Below, one piece after another: positions 18,129 to 25,309 of a stretch of DNA of 64,000 nt (the first letter of the stretch is position 1; the number at the start of each line of letters is the position of its first letter). Origin of the DNA: an uncultured Spirochaetota bacterium (GTDB taxonomy: Bacteria > Spirochaetota > Spirochaetia > SZUA-6 > Fen-1364). The notes under the pieces are model-generated. The model worked only from the letters and a program-made list of their open reading frames with translations, did no database searches and had not been told where the DNA came from. The stretch is from NCBI GenBank assembly GCA_963753085.1, contig CAVWBF010000015.1, positions 25,821-89,820 on the forward strand, written 5' to 3'. Both the position numbers and the translations under genes were made by a program.

Positions 18129-19529
18129 GTGAACCGTCCTGTTGTGGCCGTCGCGACGCTGGGGGAGACTCGGGAGGATGTGCGCAAGCAGAGGGAGAGC
18201 CTTGTCCAGGAGGAGCGGCAGGCCATCGGCTGGCTCCGGGATTATTGTGATCCCATCGAGTCCCCGGTTCTTTCGGATCCATCGCAGGTGCGGGAGTTCG
18301 CGGAGTCCGCGCGCAAGGCCGACCCTCACGTGCTGGTCATCCACCTTCCCGTGTGGACGAATCCCGTGCTCAGCGTGCAGCTTTGCTCACTGCTCCCCAT
18401 TCCGACAATCCTCCTTGGCAACGGCAGGCAGGAAACCTCGAGCCTTGTGGGGATTCTCGGGGCGGGCGGGGCGCTCGATCAGGCGGGCATTGCTCATGAG
18501 AGGGTGTTCGATCACAACGACAAAGGAGAGCGACTACGGGTTGGCGCCTTTTTCCATGCCGCCCGTGCAAAGAAGGCGCTGCAGGGGCGGACGCTGGGTC
18601 TCTTCGGGGGGAGAAGCCTGGGCATCGTGACTGCCGCGGCCGACGCTTCCCAGATCATGAGGATTTTCGGTGTCGATATCGAGCCGGTGGATCAGGCCGT
18701 CATCATCGAGCGGGCTCGGGGTCTGCCGGCTGGAGAGGTGCGTCGGCATGCGAAATGGCTTACCGGGCGGCTTGGCGAGGTGCGTTTCGGAGGATCGTTT
18801 ACAACGGAGGGCCTGGAGCGGCAGGTCAGGGGCTACATCGCAACGGCGCAGCTTGCCGCGGAGAGGGGATTCGACTTTGTCGGAGTGAAGTGTCAGCCCG
18901 AGCTGAGCGATGGATATGCGAGCCACTGCGTCTGTCACATGCTGATGAATGGTTGCGAAGACGCGGATGGGCAGAAAGAAGCCGTGGTCCACGCGTGCGA
19001 AGCGGACGTGGACGGTGCTCTCACCATGCAGATCCTCCACCTTCTGTCAGGTGGGAGCCCGGCTGGCCTTCTGGACGTGCGATGGATGGATCCCCGAAGC
19101 GGCGTCCTCACGCTGGCAAACTGCGGGGCCATACCCGCCGCCTTCGCCGCGGATGGAGCCGACCCGAGCGGCCTTTCGCGCGTCCGAATGGTTCCCCACT
19201 CCTTCGGGGGAGGCGGGGGGGCGGCCTTGCCCTTCGTTGCAGCCCCCGGGAAAGTGACCCTGGCCCGGCTGTGCAGGCGCAAAGGGACGTACTGGATGGC
19301 GGTCGCGGGCGGAGAGGTGGAGCGCCGGGACCCCGAGATGCTTTCGCGGACTACCGCCGAGTTCCCCCAGGCATTCGTTCGTGTTGACGGAGCGCGCGAG
19401 CTCCTGGCGGAGTTTGGATCGAACCACATTCATATTGTCAGAGGTGATTTCCGGGAGGAGCTGCATCAGTTCTGCAGGTTGGCCGGCATAGAGCACCGGC
19501 AGTGGCCGCGATCCAGCGAAAAGGAGTGA
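18129..19529 (+). CDS. L-fucose/L-arabinose isomerase superfamily protein (FucI-like, substrate unknown)
   Basis: ORF 18114..19529. GTG 18129 follows AAGGGGGA by 5 nt; GTG 18114 overlapping the permease stop is the alternative. About 466-471 aa. The layout resembles FucI-family proteins as I recall them (N-terminal VAVATLGETRED, central FVGVKCQPELSD, C-terminal NHIHIVRGD). Confidence 0.7.
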   Translation: MNRPVVAVATLGETREDVRKQRESLVQEERQAIGWLRDYCDPIESPVLSDPSQVREFAESARKADPHVLVIHLPVWTNPVLSVQLCSLLPIPTILLGNGRQETSSLVGILGAGGALDQAGIAHERVFDHNDKGERLRVGAFFHAARAKKALQGRTLGLFGGRSLGIVTAAADASQIMRIFGVDIEPVDQAVIIERARGLPAGEVRRHAKWLTGRLGEVRFGGSFTTEGLERQVRGYIATAQLAAERGFDFVGVKCQPELSDGYASHCVCHMLMNGCEDADGQKEAVVHACEADVDGALTMQILHLLSGGSPAGLLDVRWMDPRSGVLTLANCGAIPAAFAADGADPSGLSRVRMVPHSFGGGGGAALPFVAAPGKVTLARLCRRKGTYWMAVAGGEVERRDPEMLSRTTAEFPQAFVRVDGARELLAEFGSNHIHIVRGDFREELHQFCRLAGIEHRQWPRSSEKE

Positions 19530-19533
19530 GGTC

Positions 19534-21483
19534 ATGGAGCAGGAGCATTTCGGCTACTGGGGCAGGATTCTCCGCGTGGACCTCTCCGCGGGAACCTGGA
19601 AATCCGAAACGCCGGAAGACGGCGTCTACAGGCGCTATGTCGGCGGGCGCTCCCTCGCGCTGTACTTCTACCTCCGGGAGGCTCCGGCCGGTCTTGACCC
19701 GCTGGGGCCGGAAAACCTGCTCATCTTCATGACGTCTCCCACGACGGGGGCGCCGATCTCGGGCCAGGCGCGGCACACCGTTCTGTGCAAGTCTCCCCTG
19801 ACCGGCGGCCTGGCCGACTCGCAGTCCGGCGGCTGGTGGGGCGTGGAGCTCAAGTTCGCGGGATGGGACGGGATCATCATAACGGGTGCCGCGCGCGAGC
19901 CGGTGTACCTGTTGATCGAGGACGAGCGGGTGCGCATCCTTCCCGCCGCGCACCTCTGGGGCAAGAGCACGGGAGAGGTGCAGGAGATTCTTGCGGGGGA
20001 GATCCCGCAGGGCGCACGAATACTGCAGTGCGGACCCGCGGGAGAGAGAAAGGTCCGGTTCTCCGCCATCACCAGCGACCTTCGGGATTTCAACGCCCGG
20101 GGCGGGACAGGCGCCGTCATGGGAAGCAAGATGCTCCGCGCGATAGCGGTCAAGGGGACCCACCGGAAGCTGCGACTGGCGGATGCGGACGCCGTGAAGA
20201 ACATCGCGCGCTGGTTTGCCGGAAGCGTCAAGGAACATCCGGCGGTGAGCCTTCACCACGACCTCGGGACGCCGAAAGGCGTGGTTCCCGTCAGCGTCCA
20301 GGGAATCCTTCCGACATATAACTTCCAGGACGGCTCATTCGCCTCGGTCGAAGCCGTAGGCGGGGAAGCGATGAAGAAGGAAATTGGGGCAGGCACGGAA
20401 ACCTGTTATGCGTGCGCCGTTTCCTGCAAGCGTGTCGTCGAGGGAGAGAAGGGCGGTTTCCGGGTGAGCAGCCGGTACGGCGGTCCGGAGTACGAATCAC
20501 TGGTTGCTTTGGGTCCGGGGCTCGGTGTGGACAATATCGCTGCCATCGCGCAGTGCAACGAAAGATGCAATGCGCTGGGGCTCGACACCATCTCTTCCGG
20601 GGTGACTATCTCCTGGGCAGTCGAGTGTTTCGAGCGGGGCCTGATAAATACAAAAGACACGGGAGGCATTACGCTGCGCTGGAACGACCCGGCCACCTAT
20701 CTCCAGCTGCTCGATGCCATAGCATCACGCCAGGGCTTCGGAGACATCCTGGCGGAGGGGAGCCTGAAGGCAGCCAGGAAGATCGGCCGTGGGACCGAGC
20801 GCTTTGCCATGCAGGTGAAAGGCCAGGAGCTGCCGTCACACGAGCCGAGGGGAAAATGGGGAGTCGCTCTGGGGTATGCCGTGTCACCCACAGGGGCCGA
20901 CCATCTCCAGGCTGCGCATGATCCGTGGTTTGCCAAGCCAGGGGATTTCTCGAAGGAGTTCAATTGGGTGGACCTGGAGGACCTGAGCCCTCTTGGGCTC
21001 ACGGACCCCGTTCCCGCGGAGGACATAGGCTCGGCAAAGGTCCGGCTGTTCGTCTACCTGCAGTACATCTGGGCGCTCCACGATGTCCTGGATTGGTGCA
21101 TCTTCACGACTGTCCCCGAGTTCCGAGCCATCTCTCTCAACCAGCTGGTGGACGTGGTTCGAGGCGTCACGGGCTGGAGAACAAGCCTGTTTGAGATGCT
21201 GAAGGCCGGGGAAAGGGCAGTGACAATGGCGCGAGCCATGAACTGCAGAGAAGGCCTGGGCGCCCAGGACGATCGTATCCCTGAAAGGTTTTTCGAGCCC
21301 ATGCGCGCGGGCACGCTCAAGGGTCATTTCATCAATCGCGAAGAGTTTGCGGAAGCCGTGAAAATGTACTATGCCATGATGGGGTGGGACGCTGAGGGCG
21401 TCCCGACACGCGCGAAACTGGAGGAGCTCGGTGTCGGCTGGATCTGGCCGCACATCGCGCCAAAGGCAAAAGTCGGAGCCTGA
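19534..21483 (+). CDS. aldehyde:ferredoxin oxidoreductase family protein (tungsto/molybdopterin, 4Fe-4S)
   Basis: 649-aa ORF with RBS AAGGAG. N-terminus YWGRILRVDLSAGTW...YVGGRSLA is typical of AOR. 4Fe-4S ligand motif CxxCxxxC (ETCYACAVSCKR). Pterin-region block EPRGKWGVALGYAVSPTGADH. Confidence 0.9.
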   Translation: MEQEHFGYWGRILRVDLSAGTWKSETPEDGVYRRYVGGRSLALYFYLREAPAGLDPLGPENLLIFMTSPTTGAPISGQARHTVLCKSPLTGGLADSQSGGWWGVELKFAGWDGIIITGAAREPVYLLIEDERVRILPAAHLWGKSTGEVQEILAGEIPQGARILQCGPAGERKVRFSAITSDLRDFNARGGTGAVMGSKMLRAIAVKGTHRKLRLADADAVKNIARWFAGSVKEHPAVSLHHDLGTPKGVVPVSVQGILPTYNFQDGSFASVEAVGGEAMKKEIGAGTETCYACAVSCKRVVEGEKGGFRVSSRYGGPEYESLVALGPGLGVDNIAAIAQCNERCNALGLDTISSGVTISWAVECFERGLINTKDTGGITLRWNDPATYLQLLDAIASRQGFGDILAEGSLKAARKIGRGTERFAMQVKGQELPSHEPRGKWGVALGYAVSPTGADHLQAAHDPWFAKPGDFSKEFNWVDLEDLSPLGLTDPVPAEDIGSAKVRLFVYLQYIWALHDVLDWCIFTTVPEFRAISLNQLVDVVRGVTGWRTSLFEMLKAGERAVTMARAMNCREGLGAQDDRIPERFFEPMRAGTLKGHFINREEFAEAVKMYYAMMGWDAEGVPTRAKLEELGVGWIWPHIAPKAKVGA

Positions 21484-21486
21484 TGG

Positions 21487-21723
21487 ATGATTGTGACCGC
21501 GCGCCTTTTCGGCACGTTGCGAAGATTCGCTTCCCCCGGTTGCCCAGGCCTCTGGCGGGGGGACCTTCCGAATGGCTCTACCGTGGGCGACGTGGTGCGG
21601 GCATTCGGGGCCGAAGAGAGGGAGGTGTCCGCGGCAACCTTGAACGGAGTGCTGGTGCCGCTCACCACGGCCGTCCCGCCGGCGGCAGACCTTGTCCTCG
21701 TGACGCTCATGGGCGGCGGCTGA
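21487..21723 (+). CDS. MoaD/ThiS-family ubiquitin-like sulfur-carrier-type protein
   Basis: 78 aa. The ATG lies 4 nt after the AOR stop. Begins MIVTARLFGTLRRF (MoaD-like) and ends LMGGG-stop, giving a C-terminal Gly-Gly. The overlapping 83-aa ORF 21483..21734 in another frame has no such features. Confidence 0.65.
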   Translation: MIVTARLFGTLRRFASPGCPGLWRGDLPNGSTVGDVVRAFGAEEREVSAATLNGVLVPLTTAVPPAADLVLVTLMGGG

Positions 21724-21749
21724 GCAACAAATAAAGGAGAACCAAACGA

Positions 21750-22838
21750 ATGGGCACACAGAACGGAAAGAGTCCGCTTCAGCTGATGACTTCCACCACC
21801 CCGACATCGCTGTGGAACGACTCCTGTTCCATACCGGAGCTGGAGTACGCTCTGGAGCATGGCGCGGTGGGCGCCACCAGCAACCCGGTGATCGTCGGTG
21901 ACGTGCTGAAAAAGGAGATGCCTGCCTGGAAGGACCGCATCTGCGCTATCGCGGCTGAGATGCCAACGGCAACAGAGGACGAGGTTGCCTGGCGCCTTAT
22001 CGAGGAGATGTCCGTAAAGGCCGCCCGGCTGCTTCTGCCCGTATTCAAGGCGCACAAGGGAAAGAACGGCCGGCTTTCGATCCAAACGGATCCCCGGTTG
22101 TACCGGGACACCGAGGCCATCGTTCGCCAGGCAGTGCATTTCAGCGAGCTTGCACCAAACATGATCGTGAAAATACCGGTGACAAAAGCGGGGATTGATG
22201 CTATTGAAGAGGCGACCTTCCAGGGCGTCAGCATCAACGCCACTGTGAGCTTCACCTTCCCGCAGGCAGTCGCGGTGGCCGAGGCGGTGGAGAGGGGGCT
22301 CTCACGGCGTGAAAAGCAGGGGAAGGATATCTCCACCATGGGGCCGGTCTGTACCATCATGGTCGGGCGCCTGGACGACTGGCTGAAGGTTGTTGCGGAG
22401 AAGGAAGGCATCGTCACGACGCCAGGAAATCTCGAATGGGCGGGAGTGGCAGTGATGAAAAAGGCATACCGCGTCTATCGTGAGCGCGGCTACCGGTTGC
22501 GCCTGCTTTCGGCGGCGTTCCGCAACCACATGCACTGGAGCGAGTTCATTGGCGGGGACGTGGTGATCTCGCCACCGCACGCGTGGCAAAAACGCTTCAA
22601 CCAGAGCGACATTCCGGTCTGCAACCGAATGGACACTCCGGTGGACCAGCACATCGTGGCCGACCTCACTCGGAGGTTCACTGACTTCCGCAGGGCGTAC
22701 GAAGAAAAAGGCATGAGCGCCGCTGAGTTTGACACATTTGGGCCCACTGTTCGGACCCTCAGGCAGTTCATCAACGCCTATGCGAGCCTCGTGGGGGTCA
22801 TCCGGGATCTGATGCTGCCCAATCCTGACGCCAGGTGA
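21750..22838 (+). CDS. transaldolase (long form, about 360 aa)
   Basis: RBS AAAGGAG. TSLWNDS and GAVGATSNPVIV near the N-terminus, and the lysine-bearing MIVKIPVT strand, are typical of the transaldolase/FSA family. Confidence 0.85.
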   Translation: MGTQNGKSPLQLMTSTTPTSLWNDSCSIPELEYALEHGAVGATSNPVIVGDVLKKEMPAWKDRICAIAAEMPTATEDEVAWRLIEEMSVKAARLLLPVFKAHKGKNGRLSIQTDPRLYRDTEAIVRQAVHFSELAPNMIVKIPVTKAGIDAIEEATFQGVSINATVSFTFPQAVAVAEAVERGLSRREKQGKDISTMGPVCTIMVGRLDDWLKVVAEKEGIVTTPGNLEWAGVAVMKKAYRVYRERGYRLRLLSAAFRNHMHWSEFIGGDVVISPPHAWQKRFNQSDIPVCNRMDTPVDQHIVADLTRRFTDFRRAYEEKGMSAAEFDTFGPTVRTLRQFINAYASLVGVIRDLMLPNPDAR

Positions 22839-22855
22839 GAGGAACGGAGGAAATC

Positions 22856-24022
22856 ATGACAAGGGAACCGAGGACAGAAACCATCGCATCGCAGCCCTCC
22901 TGGGTTATCGAAAACGAGGAAGTCCGGGTTGCTCTCACTCTGAATGGCGGCCACATGGCCCCCGTCACTTTTTTCCGAAACAGCGGGACTCCTGTTGAGC
23001 CCTACCACATCAGCCCATGGCAGGGAGAAGGGCTTTCGATCCAGGATCCGGTGCTCAGAACCCTGAGAGGGGATTTTTTCTGCATGCCTTTTGGCGGTGC
23101 GAGCGTCGATAAAGGCGTCACACATTCGACCCATGGCGAGCCGGCAACCTCAACCTGGGGAGGGGGCAGTGTTGAGCAGTCGGGGGGTATTGCGCAAATA
23201 ACAGCCCTGATGTCTTCCTCAACTCTCAAAGGGCGGATCAGCAAGAGCATCTCCCTTGTCTCAGGCCAGAACGTTGTCTACGTGCGTCACGTGCTCGAGG
23301 GATACGATCTTCGCGCGCCCCTCGGACACCATGCCACCCTGGCAGGAGGCGAGCAGCCTGATTCCCTTCTCATTGCCACCAGCCCGGTGCAATTCGGACG
23401 CGTGGGCCCGCGGCCCCCGGGCACGTTTGAAAGTGACGGCGAATACAACGCCCTGGCTGCGGGAGCGACCTTCCGCAGCATCAGCAAGGTCCCGACAGTC
23501 TGGAAAGAGATGCCGTTCGATTCATGCGCGGCGTTCCCGCGCCGCCGGGGCTTCTGCGACATCATCCAGGTATACAACAAGCTCACGCGCGGCCCCGCGT
23601 GGGTCACCGCCGTCAACCGGTCGCAGGGATGGCTCTGGTTCTCGCTCAAGGACCCGGCGGTCCTTCCATCGACTGTGTTCTGGATGGAGAATCACGGACG
23701 ACACGGCGATCCCTGGAAGGGCCGCAACTGCTGTCTCGGACTAGAAGACGTTTGCAGCTATTTCGCAATGGGGCTGCCGGCCTCAGCGAAGAGGAACGAA
23801 GCCACTCAGGCAGGGATTCCGACGGCAATAAAGCTGTCGCCCCGACAACCCACCGCTGTCAACTACATTCAGGGTGTGACGCGAGTTCCCAAAGGATTCG
23901 GGCGCGTGCGAACGGCCCGTTTCGAGGAAGGGAAGGTCTCCTTCATCAGTGAATCAGGCAAAACAGCCAGCGCCGCCGTTGACCACGGCTTCCTTTTCTC
24001 AGGGGCTATCGGCCGGAAGTGA
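22856..24022 (+). CDS. hypothetical protein, possibly galactose-mutarotase-like fold
   Basis: ORF 22835..24022. ATG 22856 lies 5 nt after GGAGG (22846-22850). Weak motifs (LNGGHMAPV, ISPWQGEG, LRGDFFCMPFGG, HGEPA) resemble aldose-epimerase-like proteins. It is the last gene of the same-strand unit. Confidence 0.45.
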   Translation: MTREPRTETIASQPSWVIENEEVRVALTLNGGHMAPVTFFRNSGTPVEPYHISPWQGEGLSIQDPVLRTLRGDFFCMPFGGASVDKGVTHSTHGEPATSTWGGGSVEQSGGIAQITALMSSSTLKGRISKSISLVSGQNVVYVRHVLEGYDLRAPLGHHATLAGGEQPDSLLIATSPVQFGRVGPRPPGTFESDGEYNALAAGATFRSISKVPTVWKEMPFDSCAAFPRRRGFCDIIQVYNKLTRGPAWVTAVNRSQGWLWFSLKDPAVLPSTVFWMENHGRHGDPWKGRNCCLGLEDVCSYFAMGLPASAKRNEATQAGIPTAIKLSPRQPTAVNYIQGVTRVPKGFGRVRTARFEEGKVSFISESGKTASAAVDHGFLFSGAIGRK

Positions 24023-24082
24023 CTTTGAATGGAGGTGGCCTGACTGATTGGGCGATCCGACGACTCCACCAGAGTGTCGGTC

Positions 24083-24409
24083 TTACGGGCACGCCCGGGC
24101 CGCGTGTCCCTTGGCACGTTGTTTGTCCATAGGTGGAAAATCGATCTTCCGGCCGACAAAACTGAGAATGTGCTCCAGCTTTTTCATACCGATGTTTTGC
24201 GCTTCCCCGTCCCGAATGCTCTGGATCGTGGTCGCTGAGACCTTCGCACATTTGGCCAGCTTTCTCACCGAGAGTCGATGCTTTTTCATCTCTTCGATCA
24301 TGAGATCCGAAAGCAGGATTTCGCGAACCTGCTCATTGATCCGCCGGCGCACCTCCGGGTCCTTGGCGCGCTCAAGTGGACTTATGTACCCTTTTGGTTT
24401 CTTCAGCAT
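24083..24409 (-). CDS. XRE-family helix-turn-helix antitoxin (HigA-like)
   Basis: 108-aa ORF. HTH segment LSVRKLAKCAKVSATTIQSIRDGEAQNIGMKKLEHIL. Its start overlaps the upstream toxin ORF by 38 nt. Confidence 0.7.
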   Translation of the reverse strand: MLKKPKGYISPLERAKDPEVRRRINEQVREILLSDLMIEEMKKHRLSVRKLAKCAKVSATTIQSIRDGEAQNIGMKKLEHILSFVGRKIDFPPMDKQRAKGHAARACP

Positions 24410-24803
24410 AATAATTCCCCTTAGTAGTTCTTAGTTCATAGTCGCCCCGGCAAGTTTCAGCCTTTTTCTTTTCGTTTGCCGGCAGCTTTTTGCGCTTCTT
24501 CTCAAAACCGTGCGTTATTATCACGGTCTTGCCTTTTGTGAAGAAGAACAGAAATCGATGTGGCTTCGGTTTGAAAGCAAAAAATCCATCGCCTTCGGGA
24601 CTAATCTTTTCCTTGTTGGGCGTCTTGCCATTAGTAAAGCAAATCCCCAGGTAGTCAAAGATGGCCGACAACGCAGTCTTTTGCTCTTCGTCGAGCTTTT
24701 CGTGGTAGTATTCAAGGGCCGGGCTGTTACCTCCTTCGTTCACATACCACTCGAAACGCCATTCCGCGTACTCGTAAGCCAAACACTCTTTACGCTTTAC
24801 CAT
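24372..24803 (-). CDS. type II toxin, phage Gp49-like / HigB-RelE superfamily
   Basis: 143-aa ORF. The pattern WYVNEGGNSPALEYYHKL..., GFFAFKPKPHRFLFFFTKGKTVIITHGFEKKRKKLPANEKKKAE matches the Gp49-like (DUF891) toxin layout: toxin first, HTH antitoxin second. Confidence 0.65.
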   Translation of the reverse strand: MVKRKECLAYEYAEWRFEWYVNEGGNSPALEYYHEKLDEEQKTALSAIFDYLGICFTNGKTPNKEKISPEGDGFFAFKPKPHRFLFFFTKGKTVIITHGFEKKRKKLPANEKKKAETCRGDYELRTTKGNYYAEETKRVHKST

Positions 24804-24819
24804 TTCAATCTATCACTTT

Positions 24820-24870
24820 GTCGGCAAATGTACCAGAATATTGATACACCTGTCAAGAACTTCTGCCGAC
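24820..24870 (-). promoter_or_regulatory. candidate toxin-antitoxin promoter flanked by a 7-bp inverted repeat
   Basis: On the reverse strand TTGACA (24856-24851), an 18-nt spacer, then TACATT (24832-24827). GTCGGCA (24820-24826) and TGCCGAC (24864-24870) are exact reverse complements bracketing the promoter, a possible antitoxin operator. Confidence 0.35.
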
Positions 24871-24896
24871 GCGGACTATAGTAAGGGTTGCCACCA

Positions 24897-24936
24897 ACAA
24901 AAAACCCTGTAAATATATTTTCAAGTATTTACAGGG
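24897..24936 (-). terminator. rho-independent terminator downstream of ssrA
   Basis: On the reverse strand, 16 nt after the tmRNA 3' end: stem CCCTGTAAATA (24936-24926), a 10-nt loop, stem TATTTACAGGG (24915-24905). This is a perfect 11-bp stem, followed by TTTTTTG. Confidence 0.65.
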
Positions 24937-24952
24937 TAATGAATTGGAATAG

Positions 24953-25299
24953 TGGAGGTGGCGGGAGTCGAACCCGCGTCCTGGAGTGTTGACCAAGAAC
25001 CTCTACAGGTTTATCCGCCCGTTAGATCTCGGCAGAAAGTTTGGGAGGCGGCGTCCCGCTTCCCGCCAAAGCCCGCTTTAATGTCCCCGGACGCCCGCTG
25101 GCATGCGCTCGGGTAAGCCCCGGTTTGTTACAGGCACCTCTGGATGTTCGGGACCACGCTCCAAAGACCCGTGGCCGCAATTAAGCAGCCATTGCGAAAT
25201 CTGCGTTATTGGCAGTTGTGTTTTTGCCATTTTTAGGAGACTGGCGCTCCACCTGCAGCCCATGGCCGAACCGACCCCAGTCGAGACCGTTGCACCCCC
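24953..25299 (-). ncRNA. ssrA: tmRNA (transfer-messenger RNA)
   Basis: 5' end GGGGGTGCAACGGTCTCGACTGGGG; 3' end GGACGCGGGTTCGACTCCCGCCACCTCCA. T-arm GGTTCGACTCC. The 7-bp acceptor stem includes the G3:U70 alanine identity pair. Internal tag frame GGC AAA AAC ACA ACT GCC AAT AAC GCA GAT TTC GCA ATG GCT GCT TAA (25228..25181). Length 347 nt. Lies directly downstream of smpB. Confidence 0.9.
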
Positions 25300-25309
25300 T
25301 AGGGCGGCA

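Larger units (their letters stand above)
24030..24962. mobile_element. AT-rich 0.9-kb islet abutting the tmRNA 3' end (possible remnant of a tmRNA-targeting integrative element), bounded by a 10-bp direct repeat
   Basis: TGGAGGTGGC occurs at 24030-24039 and again at 24953-24962. The second copy is the complement of the tmRNA acceptor 3' strand. The interval is visibly AT-richer than its flanks and holds only a toxin-antitoxin pair. No integrase is present. Confidence 0.35.

Noticed and set aside
24030-24962. Intact prophage or integrative element at the tmRNA gene
   Set aside because: The interval is only 0.9 kb, with no integrase, excisionase or structural genes. At most it is a remnant.
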